A stretch of DNA of 64,000 nt from Bryobacterales bacterium (GTDB taxonomy: Bacteria > Acidobacteriota > Terriglobia > Bryobacterales > UBA6623): NCBI GenBank assembly GCA_963422375.2, contig OY729427.2, positions 32,001-96,000 on the forward strand. The letters run 5' to 3'. The notes under the pieces were generated by a model, which saw only the letters and a list, made by a program, of their open reading frames with translations, made no database searches and had not been told where the DNA came from. Shown one piece after another: positions 22,677-33,850 of the stretch (positions are counted from its first letter, which is position 1; each line of letters starts with the position of its first letter). A program made the position numbers and the translations under genes.

Positions 22677-24408
22677 CAGCGATTCTCAATTTGGGCATTT
22701 GGGGATTTCCAGAGTGTCTGAGAAAGGTGTCGAAAGCAGTCTGGCACTTGACTTTTCCTTGCGGAATTTGTGAGCTAGGGTGTATGCCCCATGTCCTGGA
22801 CTCGCTGCCGAGCGCCTTCCGCGAGACGGCCGCCGGCCGGCCCGACCGACGCGACGGTCGCAGCAACAAGCGCTACGAGGTCAGCGACGCCGCCGGTTGC
22901 GCCCTGGTGCGCCCCGGCCTGCTTCTGCACCCGGTGCGAGTCGTTCCTCGCGTTCCAGCGGCGCATGGAGCGGGACGGCTCCCGCTCCAACTGCCGGACC
23001 CTGTTCGGCGTGGGCCGCATCCCCTGCGACAACCGGATCCGCAACTTGCTCGACGACCTCGACCCGGCCGCGTTCGACCCGCTGTTCCGGCCGTGCCTCG
23101 CAACCGTGGCCGCGCAGGGCGCGCTCGAGCCCTTCCAGCGCCTCGACGAGCGCCTGCCGGCGGCTCCGGACGGCGTCCGGTTCCACCGCTCCGACAGGGT
23201 GCATTGCCCGCAGTGCTCGGTGCGGCGCGTCGGCAGCGAGCGCCGGCCGCATCACTTCCACGCCATGGTCGCGGCCACCGCGGTGGCCGACGGCCACGCC
23301 ACGGTCCTGCCGCTGATGCCCGAGTTCGCGTGCCCGCAGCAGGACGCGGCCGCGACCCGCGCCGACCTGAGCGAGGACGAGCGCAAGCGGGACTGCGAGC
23401 GCAACGCCGCCAAGCGCTGGCTCGCCGCTCAGGGCGCCTGGCTGCAGGCCTGCCGCCCCGTCCTGCCGGGGGACGACCTGTCCTGCTGCCAGCCGGTCTG
23501 CGAGGCCGCCGCGGCGGCCGGCATGGACTGCATCCGGGTAGGCAAGCCCGGATCCCGCAAGCACTTGCACGAGGTGCCGGAGAGCCGGCGGGGGAGCGGC
23601 GCGGTGCGCTCGACCGGCTGGCTGCCGCGGCGCGGGAAGGGCAAGCGATCCGAGCGGCACCGTTTCCGCCGGACGGCCGCGGTGCCCCTGCGCCAGGGCC
23701 GCGACGCCCTGCAGGGCACTTGGCTCGAGTACGCCGTGGAGCGCGATGGCAAGCGCACCTGCGCCAACAGCTTCTTCACCGGTCTCGCGGTCACCGCGGA
23801 CAACGCGGAGCGGATCGCGCGCGCCGGCCGGGCGCGCTGGAAGATCGAGAACGGGGGCTTCAACTGCCTGGCGCGGCACGGCCGCAACTTCAAGCGCAAC
23901 TTCGGGCACGGCAAGGAAGGGCTGGCCAACGTGCCGGCCGTGCCGAACCTGTTCGCCTTCGCGCTCCGCGCCGTGCTGCAGTGCGTCTGCGCGCTGTGGC
24001 AGCAGTGCCGGCGCCAGCCGGTCACGCGCCGCGCCCTGTTCCGGGAGCTGCAGGTCGCGCTGCGCTGGTTCCGCTTCCCGGACCGGCCGACGCTGCTGGC
24101 GGCGGTGCGCGCCGGACGCGCGCCTCCGGGCTGCCAGCCGGCCAGGCGGCCGGGGCCTGGACTCCGCGCAGTCTCGTGCCGGCAGCGTCCGGCCAGCGGC
24201 CGGCCGTCAAAGCCGGCTACCGCCGGAGTGCGTCCGGTCGCGGGCTCGGCACTCGGCGGACCCGCGACGCGGGCCGCGCCACGGCCCTGCCCGCCGTCCG
24301 ACGCTCCCGCGGGCGGCCTCGGGAGCGCAACCTCTCGGTCAACTGATTCACCTCATCCTCCGAAACAACCTTCACGCACCCCCTTGACGGCCAAATTTAG
24401 AACCGCTG
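22677..24408 (+). mobile_element. ISNCY-like IS, copy D (full length, 1732 bp, frameshifted)
   Basis: TIRs CAGCGATTCTCAATTTGG / CCAAATTTAGAACCGCTG; ATG at 22784; 10-bp duplication at 22898-22917 shifts the frame. Confidence 0.92.
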
Positions 24409-24662
24409 GCGAGCAGTAATATGCTGTGGGGCCGCTCGGCCAGCTGCTGCCTCACGTCGTCGTTCGAACCGGATGACTCCGCGACGTAAAGGCGTCCTAG
24501 GTCATCCATGTCGATGATCATCGGGCGCTCGACGAGGGGCGGGCCCGCGACCAGCTCGATTTCGAAGCCGTCCGGAACGGCGATGCCCTCGGTGCCTCTC
24601 GGCGGGCCGCAGCCCCATGCCCAGGCGAGGAGGGTGACAGCGGAAACGTTGCGGAGATTCAT
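24409..24662 (-). pseudogene. 5' part of the split PVC-type heme dehydrogenase
   Basis: Lipoprotein-like signal (AWGC), then VPDGFEIELVAGPPLVERPMIIDMDDLGRLYVAE..HSILLL. Confidence 0.88.
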
Positions 24663-25057
24663 GGCGGGGCCTTCGAGGGGACGTGCCGGACGCACAGAGG
24701 CGAGGCGGGACGTTCGGCCGTTCTCGGTCGGCAACCATGCTAGCGCCATCCAAGCCATGGTGCGTTCCGAGGCAGGTAGCCAGGAGCAGGGACCTTTCTG
24801 GGCCGCCCGGGGCGCACCTGGGGCTGTTCGTGGGGAATGGCTTCCCAGCGAAAATGGAATTCGTTCGCAATTCGCATGAACTTCGTCGAGAGACCCTCCG
24901 GCCAATCTCTGGATCAGTCGTCGATCCCTCGAAAAAAGGAATAATATTCGAAAATATCTGGCAATTCCGCTTGACACCCGAGAGAATCCGTGCGAATCTG
25001 ACAAGGAGGCAGCATTCAGCTGATCGGAAAGGGCCCTAGCCTGTCGGGAGAGTCAAT

Positions 25058-25639
25058 ATGAATTTCAGCGAAGACACTTCTACTCTATTGCGAACATTGC
25101 TGATCGCTGGCTTCGCGGCGGGGATGATCGCCAAGGTCTGCCGCGAATGCGGCGCGGAGGCGCTGCGCCAGCGCCTCTACGTTCTCGACGCGGAGCTGTT
25201 CGAGTTCGCACGTCTGGGACACATCGGGACCCGGAGCCCTGCCTACGCGATGCTGCGTGACAGCATCCGGAGCATGATTCGCTACTCGCGGCGGATCAGC
25301 CTGACCAGGCTCCTGCTCATCAGATTCCTAGGACCGCTGGCCGCCGGTCGGCGGGTGGAGCCCGGCCGCACCCTCGAGTCGCACCGGTCGAACTGGAGGC
25401 AGGCGCTGGGCCAAGTGGAATGCGCCGCGGTCCGCAAGGACCTTGCGGAGCTTCGCGAGCGCCTCCTGATCGAGGTCGGTGCGCATGTAGCCGTCGGAGC
25501 GATTCCTCTCGCACGGCAGGTGTTCGCCCTAGTCTCGCTGGTCCCGTCGTTCCGGAGCTTCCGGCGACTCGCCCTGCGCAACGCCGGCTTGGTCGAGGTC
25601 CTTGCACGGTCTTCCGAGAGACTGCCCGCCACTGCTTAG
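25058..25639 (+). CDS. Hypothetical membrane protein
   Basis: 193-aa ORF with GGAG RBS and hydrophobic N-terminus; no family recognised. Confidence 0.55.
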   Translation: MNFSEDTSTLLRTLLIAGFAAGMIAKVCRECGAEALRQRLYVLDAELFEFARLGHIGTRSPAYAMLRDSIRSMIRYSRRISLTRLLLIRFLGPLAAGRRVEPGRTLESHRSNWRQALGQVECAAVRKDLAELRERLLIEVGAHVAVGAIPLARQVFALVSLVPSFRSFRRLALRNAGLVEVLARSSERLPATA

Positions 25640-25963
25640 TCCGTGGGCACTGGCACCGTCCGGCATCTAGGTCACTTCGCCTCGCGAGCCCACGCATCAA
25701 GGCGCCCCCGGCGCGACGGGCACCTGTGTCCGCGGGTTCTCGTGGAAGGCCGCGGGACACGGCCGGCAACTTGGACTCACGTCCAAGAACCGCATACCAG
25801 ACCCGCAGCCGAGCTACGGCGCACGATTCCGACAGGCCTTGTCCCGGAGCCCTGCGACGACGTGCGATGAGCCGGACGGCGGCAAGCTCCGGCCCAAGCA
25901 CCCGGTGCCCTTGGCGCACGGAACATGATCGGTTTCTCGGTGTTCCGGTGACCCCGCCGTTGC

Positions 25964-26203
25964 CTACAGAGTGTTCCGCGACCTCCCAGTGGGGCATCGA
26001 GGATACGCGATTCGCGCCACGTCAATTCGTGTATCTAGAGATCTCCGATCTAGATCTGAAAAATCACTCCATAAGTTCAAATCGGAAATGCTGACTTTTG
26101 TCAAGTAGAGGCATTCGCGCTCGGTGGGTGCAACTCCGAATGCACCAGCACTCGTGATGCGCACCTTCTCGATCATGGCCAATTGCGCTTGACTTAATGG
26201 CAT
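25964..26203 (-). pseudogene. Remnant of a gene translationally coupled to the methyltransferase (possibly the cognate nuclease)
   Basis: Its ATG overlaps the in-frame MTase stop (TAATG, 26201-26205); the ORF ends after 79 aa. Confidence 0.4.
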
Positions 26204-27470
26204 TAGAACAATCGCGACTGACTGCCTACAGGGAGAAACTTCGACTCGACCATTTAAGTGACTCTTCGCAGGACAGGACTCATTCCATTTGAGAGCGTCG
26301 GCAGGAAAGTCAACAAGTCCCCCGCCATGTCACGAGGGCGCACCGTCGCTAGGACCCTAATCAGTCCCTTGGCGATAACTTCCGCAAGCCTTGAAGGAAA
26401 AGCATTCCCAATTAGATGCGATTGTTCTGTTCTTGATCCAAGAAACTCGAATACGTCTGGAAACGTCTGAAGCCGCGCACACTCACGCAACGTGAGAAAC
26501 CGATCAAGGGAAGGATGGGCAAACTCTCCGACGGCACCGGCTGTGATTGCCTTCGACGGCTCGTCCGGATGCAGTCGGCGCAGTCCGCCAGGAGCACCGC
26601 CGCGACGCTCGCTGGGCGTCCCATCCATGACTCTCCGGTTCGAGCGACGGCGAAAACTCACGTGCCATTGCCACTCGGGCAAGTCCTTCATCGTTTGGCC
26701 GGGCAACAGCGTACGGATCCTGGCGACCCGCTCTGACCCGACGTCACCGACAAAGTGTGCCTGTGGCACTCCCGACATTGATTCACTTGGCAGAGGGAGG
26801 TCGCCAATCGCACTCTCCACGGTCCCGGTAGGCGAGAGATGAGGTCCTTGCACACGTGCGCCCGGAACTCCGAACGCACTATGCGTTACATCCGGAAACC
26901 CTGGATCGAAGCCCAGCCCACCGATGGCGAGAACCCGCTTCCGATGCTGGGGCACTCCGTAATTGGCAGCGTTGATCTTGCGAAGATGCACTCGATAGCC
27001 CGCGACAATCACGGGCCGCAATAAGTCTTCCACATGACTTCCATCGTCGCCAGTCAGGAATCCCTCCACGTTCTCAAATACAAAAGCGGGCGGTCGCACG
27101 TTGCACACTATCGCAGCAAACGCCGCTACCAGCGAATTCTGTCGATCACTAGGTCGACGCAGACCCGCCGACAAAAATCCTTGGCACGGAGGCCCGCCCA
27201 CGACCAAGCTCGGGCGTGCAATGGAAGTATTCGACTCGGTGGTCCGGCGGTTTCAACCGCCTTCCCCTTCCCCCGTAATTGTACATGCTCACGCATCAGG
27301 ACTTCAGCCGTCGTCCGACTGGTCTGTCGCGAAATCAGAGGCGCAAGCGCTACCCCCGGCTGGAAGTCCCACAGCTGCCCCGCCCGGATGCAGGCAGCAG
27401 GCTGCCACGCCGCTGGCGATAGCAAGGAATTGACAGTCCCGCAACCAAGACAGGTTAGCAACTCCTAGAA
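26203..27470 (-). pseudogene. C5 DNA cytosine methyltransferase, decayed
   Basis: GGPPCQGF, FENVEG, YGVPQHRKR, LTLRECARLQTFP, IGNAFP. Motif I region is scrambled and there is a probable premature TAA at 26254. Confidence 0.85.
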
Positions 27471-27743
27471 GAGTCCCGGCGGACGGTCCGGATGCGGATG
27501 GATTCCGTGCTGCTAGGGGTCCGCTCGGACGCATTGGACCGCCTTCGGCCGAATGTAGCCAGACCCGACCCGATCGGCAGGGCGCATTCGTCGGTCCTCG
27601 GGTGACGACGAGAATTGGAACCAACTGCAGTTGCCCCGGGATCTGTAACTCATTGCGAAATTGCAGTGTTCCGGGGTGTACAGTGCCCGCGACCTCGGGA
27701 TGTCGGTGGCATAGAGCGGAGATGGTATCTTAGCTTCGCAGGA

Positions 27744-28736
27744 ATGACTTCTCGCATAGCGCTGCGGCTTGCAGCAATCCTCGCCGCGCTGGCCTCTCTG
27801 GCGGCCCATTCCGGCGGCCAAGCGCCCGAGCGACCCCGCCCGGTCCGGAACGACGTGCCGCGCGAGGGGACGGAACTGCTGGTGTTCCGCCACCAGAAGC
27901 TCCACAAGGGAGGTCACGAGGCCTACTTTCGCTTGAGTCGCCAAGGGGTCTGGCCTTGGTTCGAGAAAATCGGAAGCCGCATCGTGGGCCAGTGGAAGGT
28001 GATCAATCCGGACGGCTCGGACGAGGATCCCGAATTCGACCACGGATACCGCCTCGCGCGCTACGCGAGCTACCAGCACTGGAAGGCAACCCGGCAGGGC
28101 CACATGCTGCTCGGCGGGAACGGTCCCGACTACCAGCGCAGCCGCGAGGCACTGCGTGCGCGAAGCCACTACGCCGCAGACTCCGACGGGGCGCACTTTC
28201 TCGAAGGCGCAACGGCGTCCGCCAAGGTCTACTACATGCCGGCCCTCAAAGAGTCCTACGCCCCGGTCGAGGCGATGTCGCAGCGCCCTCCACGCCCGGT
28301 TCGCAACGACGTGAACTGGCCGGCCCCCGAAATCGTCGTCTTGGACCGCTGGAGGGTCGACAAGACCTCGGCGGATGAGTTGATCCGCTCCGGCACCGAG
28401 AGCATCTGGCCGTACCTAGAGAAGGTCGGAGCCAGGATCGTAGGCCAGTGGAAGGCGGTATACCCGGCCGAGAGCGGCTTCGCGGAAAGCGACGACTACG
28501 ACGAGGTCTTCCTGATGGTCCGCTACGCGGGCTTCGAGCACTGGAAGGCCGCTCGGCCAGACCAGATCGCCGCGATGGGCGGCGACGGCCCGGACTACGA
28601 GGCTTTCAGGAACGCCTTGGCGCACCTCGAGCAAGTCACCCGGGGCAGATCGGTGACCTTTCTCCAAGGCTACATGTACAACAGCCCGCCGAAGTTCCTG
28701 CCGGGCCTTCGCGAGGCGTACCGGCCAGCCGAGTGA
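27744..28736 (+). CDS. Secreted protein with two tandem NIPSNAP-like domains
   Basis: Signal peptide plus internal duplication RPVRNDV..WP(W/Y)xEKxGxRIVGQWK..RYA..HWKA.R..GGxGPDY. Confidence 0.7.
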   Translation: MTSRIALRLAAILAALASLAAHSGGQAPERPRPVRNDVPREGTELLVFRHQKLHKGGHEAYFRLSRQGVWPWFEKIGSRIVGQWKVINPDGSDEDPEFDHGYRLARYASYQHWKATRQGHMLLGGNGPDYQRSREALRARSHYAADSDGAHFLEGATASAKVYYMPALKESYAPVEAMSQRPPRPVRNDVNWPAPEIVVLDRWRVDKTSADELIRSGTESIWPYLEKVGARIVGQWKAVYPAESGFAESDDYDEVFLMVRYAGFEHWKAARPDQIAAMGGDGPDYEAFRNALAHLEQVTRGRSVTFLQGYMYNSPPKFLPGLREAYRPAE

Positions 28737-28779
28737 GAAGTCGCATGAACCGAGGCCGACCACAGCGACCGAGTCGCGC

Positions 28780-30105
28780 CTAGATGCGTTCCAAGCGCGT
28801 GTCGGAGTCCCCGAAGCGGTCGAGTCGCACGCCCATCCTGTCCATGAGCGACAGGTATAGGCTGCACATCTTGCGACTCTCGTCCGACTCGTCCAAGTAG
28901 CTCAGCGTCCGGCCCGTCTCGAGTGCCCCGCCCATCCCGCCGGCCAGCACCACCGGGAGCCGCGAGTTGTCGTGCAGGCGCCCTATCCACATGTTCGAGA
29001 GGAACATCAGGCACGAGTTGTCCAGCACGGTCCCCTCGCCTTCGGGCATCCGGTCCAGCTTCGCCGCGAGATAGGCGAACTGGCCGAGGTGGAAGCGCGT
29101 GATGCGCTCGTATCCCGGCGAGAGGTTGTCGTGCGACGCCGCGTGATGCCCCTTCCGGACCTCTAGGAACGGATAGTAGAGCGCGGAGAGATCGCGTGCC
29201 AGGATCAGCGACGCGACCCGCGTGCGGTCCGTCTGCAGGGCGATGGCGACGATGTCGCACATCAGCCGGGCATGGTCGCGCAAGTCTTCAGGCAGGCCCT
29301 CCGGTGGCCGATCCATGCTCGCGGTGTGCTGGTCCCGCGGAGCGTCCAGGGCCTTGTCCGCCCCCTTCCTCAGCGCCGCAACCCGCTGCTCCACCTCGCG
29401 CACGCTAGTGAGATACTCGTCCAGCTTCGCCTTGTCGTCCGAGCTGACCCGCTTGCTCAGGGCCTCGGCGCGGTCCTTCGCCCGGTCAAGGACGCTGATG
29501 TTGCGCAGGCTGCCGCGGTTCTCGAAGAGGTTGTCGAACGCGAGGGCCGGATACACCTCCACGGGCACCGGCGAGTCCGCTGTGCGCCACGAGATGTGCG
29601 AGCTGTAGGCCATCGAGAAGTTGGTCTCGTGGTACCCGGTCATCGGCTGCTCGCAGGCGAGCACCAAGCTGGACAGCGGAGTGTCCGTACCGACTTGGCC
29701 GGCGATCATTTGATCAACGGAGACGCCGGACTTGATAATCGCTCCCTTCTTGATCTCCGCGCCTGAAAGCAGGCTGCCGGTCTGCGCCGGATGGATCCCT
29801 TGGCCTGTCGCGGCCTTGTTGAACAGCCCGTCGATGACATTGATCTTGTGCTTGAGCGGTTCGAGCACCGACAGGGTCTTGGACAGGCTCATGGCGGGGC
29901 CGTCGCCCTCCGCGCTCCAATGGTCCTCGTTGACCCCGTTGCCCATGAAGACTACCCCGAAGCGCTGCGGGAACGCCGCCTGCGACGAGCCGTTGCCGAA
30001 CGCCGGGAAGGACTCTAGCCATGGCAAGGCGATGCTGACTCCCGCGCCGCGCAGGACGGTGCGCCGCGAGACGCGGCGCGAGGGTCGCTGCTGGAACTCT
30101 GTCAT
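28780..30105 (-). CDS. DUF1552 domain protein (Tat-like signal)
   Basis: SRRTVLRGAGVSIALPWLES, YSSHISW, EGEGTVLDNS; ATG at 30105 after a GGAG RBS. Confidence 0.9.
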   Translation of the reverse strand: MTEFQQRPSRRVSRRTVLRGAGVSIALPWLESFPAFGNGSSQAAFPQRFGVVFMGNGVNEDHWSAEGDGPAMSLSKTLSVLEPLKHKINVIDGLFNKAATGQGIHPAQTGSLLSGAEIKKGAIIKSGVSVDQMIAGQVGTDTPLSSLVLACEQPMTGYHETNFSMAYSSHISWRTADSPVPVEVYPALAFDNLFENRGSLRNISVLDRAKDRAEALSKRVSSDDKAKLDEYLTSVREVEQRVAALRKGADKALDAPRDQHTASMDRPPEGLPEDLRDHARLMCDIVAIALQTDRTRVASLILARDLSALYYPFLEVRKGHHAASHDNLSPGYERITRFHLGQFAYLAAKLDRMPEGEGTVLDNSCLMFLSNMWIGRLHDNSRLPVVLAGGMGGALETGRTLSYLDESDESRKMCSLYLSLMDRMGVRLDRFGDSDTRLERI

Positions 30106-30116
30106 TTGCGGTCTCC

Positions 30117-33100
30117 TTAGCCCGGTCGCAACGGGTGCTCGCGCCGGTTCAGGAATTGCGGGCTTGCGACGACCGTCTCGACCAAGGCCGCGACGCGGTG
30201 CCCGCTCGCGGCCAGATTCGCCTTCATCCGCTCGATGAGAGGCTCGTCGGACAGTTTCAGGGACCGACTCAAGGCGAAAGCCAACAGCTTCCTGCTTAGA
30301 TTGTCGAGAAAGTCGCCCTCCCGACGCTCCCGGATGTAGCGTAGCACCCCGGCCAAGCCCGCCCCCGTGGATCCGTCGGGAAACACCGCCGCCGTGTCGA
30401 CGGGGCGGCCCGCCAAGTCCTCGGAACGGGTCTCGCCAACCGGACCGTAGGCCTCGAATGCCAGTCCGAACGAATCGAACCGGGAGTGGCACGAGCTGCA
30501 GGCCGGGCTTGCCCGGTGCCTCGCTAGCATGTCCCGCAGTGGCGCCTCCGACTTCGACTCGTCTTCCGGGAGTTCCGGCACCTCTGGAGGAGGCGGGGGA
30601 ATCGTCTCGCCCAGCACCCGGCGCACTAGCCAGTAGCCCCGCTGCACGGGGCTGGTACGCAGCCCGGGAGAGTTTTTGGTCAGGAAGACCGACATCGGCA
30701 GCAGACCGCCGCGCCCGAAGCGGCGCGCGTCGTCGATCCGCATCCAGCGGCCCGCGCCGCCTTGCGCGCCTGGCATTCCGTAGTGCCTCGCCAAGACCGC
30801 ATCAACGAAGGTGTGCTTGCCGTAAAGCAGGTCAAGCACGGTGCCGTTGTTTCGAATCATGTCCGTGACGAAACGGACCGGCTCCTCGAACATCGAGCGG
30901 CGGAGGTCGTGGTCGAAGCTGGGAAACCGCTGGCGGTCTACTGCGTTGTGCTGCTCGAACCGGCGGAAGTCAAGCCAGGGGCCGGCAAACTCCGTCGCAA
31001 GTCCTCGCGCCCGATCATCGCGCAACATTCGCCGGACCTCGCCCACTAGGACCGCGGTGCTCTGCAGCGCTCCGGCACGGGCCTGCGCGAGCAGCCGGTC
31101 GTCCGGCATGCTGGACCACAGGAAATAGCTGAGCCGACTCGCAAGCGCGTAGGCAGACAGCGGCCGGGCGTTGCTCGGAGACCTGTCGCTCGACAAACTC
31201 CGGGTCCCGGAGAAGTCGTCCAGCAGGTCCATGCGGTAGCAGAAGTCGGGCGCCATCAGCACGCTGACAACCGAGTCGCGGATAGCCTCCTCGTGGGTGA
31301 GTCCATTCTGCTCGATCAGGTCGCGGTAGTAGCCAAGCAGGCCGTCCCGCTCGGAATCGGCCAGCGGCCGCCGATAGGCGCGCTCCGCGAACTCGAGCAG
31401 GGCCTCGCGGTGGCGGGGCTTGGCGTCCGCGCGCATCCGCTCCACGGCTCGCATCGCCTTGTCCATCTGCTGGAAGTGATGGCGGATCGCCTCCGGCGCC
31501 GCAGGATCGCTGGTTTCGTCAGCGCGGACCTTGGCGAGATAGGCGTCCATTAGGTCGGCCACGACGGGCGAGGCGCTGACTTCCTCGTCGGAAGGGCGTT
31601 CGGTACCGGACTCGCGCCCCTTTCCTTGAACTTCGCCGCTTTGGTTGAAGTAGTACTGGATCCACGTCCTCTTGGTGAAGTCGGCGATGAAGTCGAACTC
31701 GTCCCAGAGACGGTCCAGCTCGGCCTTATCGCGGTCGTCGAGGATCATCTGCACTAGCGGCGTGTCGTCGCGGAAGAACCCCATGACGTTGTGGAAACCC
31801 GCGCTAAGCAGTCGCCCTTTGTCCTCGGAGACATCCGGATAAAAGCGCCCGCGCTCGCGAATGTAGAAGGTGTCGGGAAAGACGGAGCTGAAACGCGCGA
31901 AAGCCGCTTCGTAGCGCTCGCGCTGTCCGTCGGGAACCACCAGTTCCGCGGCGGCGGCCCTAGCCTGGAGGGCGAGCGCCGCCCCACGGGCCTCGGCGTT
32001 GCGGCCGAGCCCGGTCCCGATTCGCTTGGGGATCTCGCCTGACTCCAGTGGAGGATCACTCGCCATCCGCAGCGCATTGCGATCGAATTCCCTGCGGTGG
32101 GAAGCAAACTGCCGCAGCTTCCAATTCATCAGCGGCTGGGAGGTAGCGGCCAAACCTTCCACATGCGGGGAGACGAACTGCTTCGCGACGAGCCTTCGAA
32201 TCCTGACCACGAAGTCGCGCATCGCGCGCGAAGCGACCGGGAAGAGACCTCGCTCGCCTCAGGCAGCGCGCGCCACATGGCGCGGAGCTCGGCCAGGGGC
32301 CCGAAGTCGTCTTCCGAGCCTTCCAGCAGCTGCCAGACCGTCGGAAGGTATCCCGAGCTGACCCTCGCCTTCCTAGCGACGTCGGCCATGCTGTCGCCGG
32401 GACTGCCTAGTGCAGCCCGGTGCTTGAAGCGCCAGGCGGCCTCGAAGTACTCCGCGAAATCTGTCGGCTGGCGATCGTAGAATTCCACGATCCGCCGGAT
32501 CGCGTATTTCTCGCGGTCCGTGACGACAACCATCGGATGGGGCGCGAAGCCGAAGCCGTCCGGCGTGAGGACCAAGTGCTCACCGACTTCGCGGGCTGCC
32601 TGCAAGTACTTGGCCAGCAGCGCCGGGGACATCAAGAGGGACTCGCCGGAATTGTCAAACCCTGCCGGATTCGCGGGGTCAACGGGAAACTCCCTGGCGG
32701 GGCGGATGTCGACTCCCGTCAGGTCCCGCACGGTGTAGTTGTATTCGGCATTGCTCAGCCGGCGTACCAGAACGGGACCGGGATCGCCGGACTGCCGGCG
32801 CGCCACTTCATCCCGGAGCGATTCGATCCAAGCGATCACTTGACGACGCACAGGCCGGTCGGGCTGGGGAGCCGACTTCGGCGGCATTTCGCCCGCGGCA
32901 AGCCTCTCTAGAATCAACGCCCAGTGCCGGTGGTCGCTCACAACCGCGTCCACCGACGCATATGCCTCAACGCTGAACTGCGCGACGGGACTGGCACCGC
33001 CGTGGCAGCCGACGCAATACTGGCCGAGGAACGGGCGGACTTCGCTCTCGAACTGGCGCTCGAGGGCGGCTTCCGCGGCAACGGCAGGCGAAGCGAGCAG

Positions 33101-33145
33101 GAGAACCGACGCGACGAGGACCAGTGAGAAGTGGCGACTCGACAT
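30117..33145 (-). pseudogene. DUF1592/1587/1588/1595/1585 (PSD) cytochrome protein, frameshift near 32225
   Basis: CVGCH, RRLSNAEYNYTVRDL, LASRLSYFLWSSMPD, TSPVQRGYW and CSSCH spread over two overlapping ORFs. Confidence 0.85.
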
Positions 33146-33289
33146 CAAGCCATATGCGCCTGGCGCCTGATCGCCAGGAACGGCCCGGAAGCTTCCAAGC
33201 TGCCAACAGCGTATCACCGCCGTAGCGAGCGCGGGCCGACCAGGCCGGGCGCGAAACGGTCGAGAATACAGCGGGCAACGTTGACTGTA

Positions 33290-33696
33290 GATCCAAGCGC
33301 GTGGCATCGTTGCGCGCCCACGGCAGGGGATGATGCACCACCGTCCTTCCGGCGAGCGACTGGCTGACGGACCCGAGCAGCGAGAGCATCTGCGAGCCCG
33401 CCGGAATCCAGCGCCCCGGCTCGGGGTCCGCGTCGACTAGGCCCTGCAGGTACGGGGGAAGATCCGGCACGCGCCGGACTTCGTCCAGCTCCGCACCGCC
33501 TGGAAACTGCGCGAGAAAGACTCGCGGATCCTCGACCGAGAACGATCAAAGGTCCGGGGCCTCCAATCTGACGTATGGGATGGTCCGGAAACAACGCAGG
33601 GCAAAGCGTCGTCTGGCCGCTCTGGCGAGCGTGACGGAAGGAAACCGGCGGGCCGCGTCCGGGAGCCAGGTCGCGGACCGCCATCATCAGATACAT
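33290..33696 (-). pseudogene. AAA_14/DUF4143-type ATP-binding protein fragment
   Basis: Degenerate Walker A (RQSGQTTL), LDEV, PDLPPYLQGLVD..GSQ..VSQSLAGR. Confidence 0.7.
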
Positions 33697-33850
33697 GGTG
33701 GCCCGCGGATCTGGCGGATACAAGATGGGACTTGTGTTTGGCCGGAAGACCCATTCGCACGAGGTTTCGCCGACCAGACACGCGGCCACGGCGCATTGCG
33801 CGTTACTGGGACCAAGATCGCTTGACACCAACCGAAGAGGCGTCCTCACA

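Larger units (their letters stand above)
15894..24408. mobile_element. Composite transposon bounded by two inverted ISNCY-like copies
   Basis: Outer ends flanked by TCGAGCAGT (15885-15893) and GCGAGCAGT (24409-24417); removing the block restores the host reading frame ..HSILLLEDLDDDG.. Confidence 0.85.
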
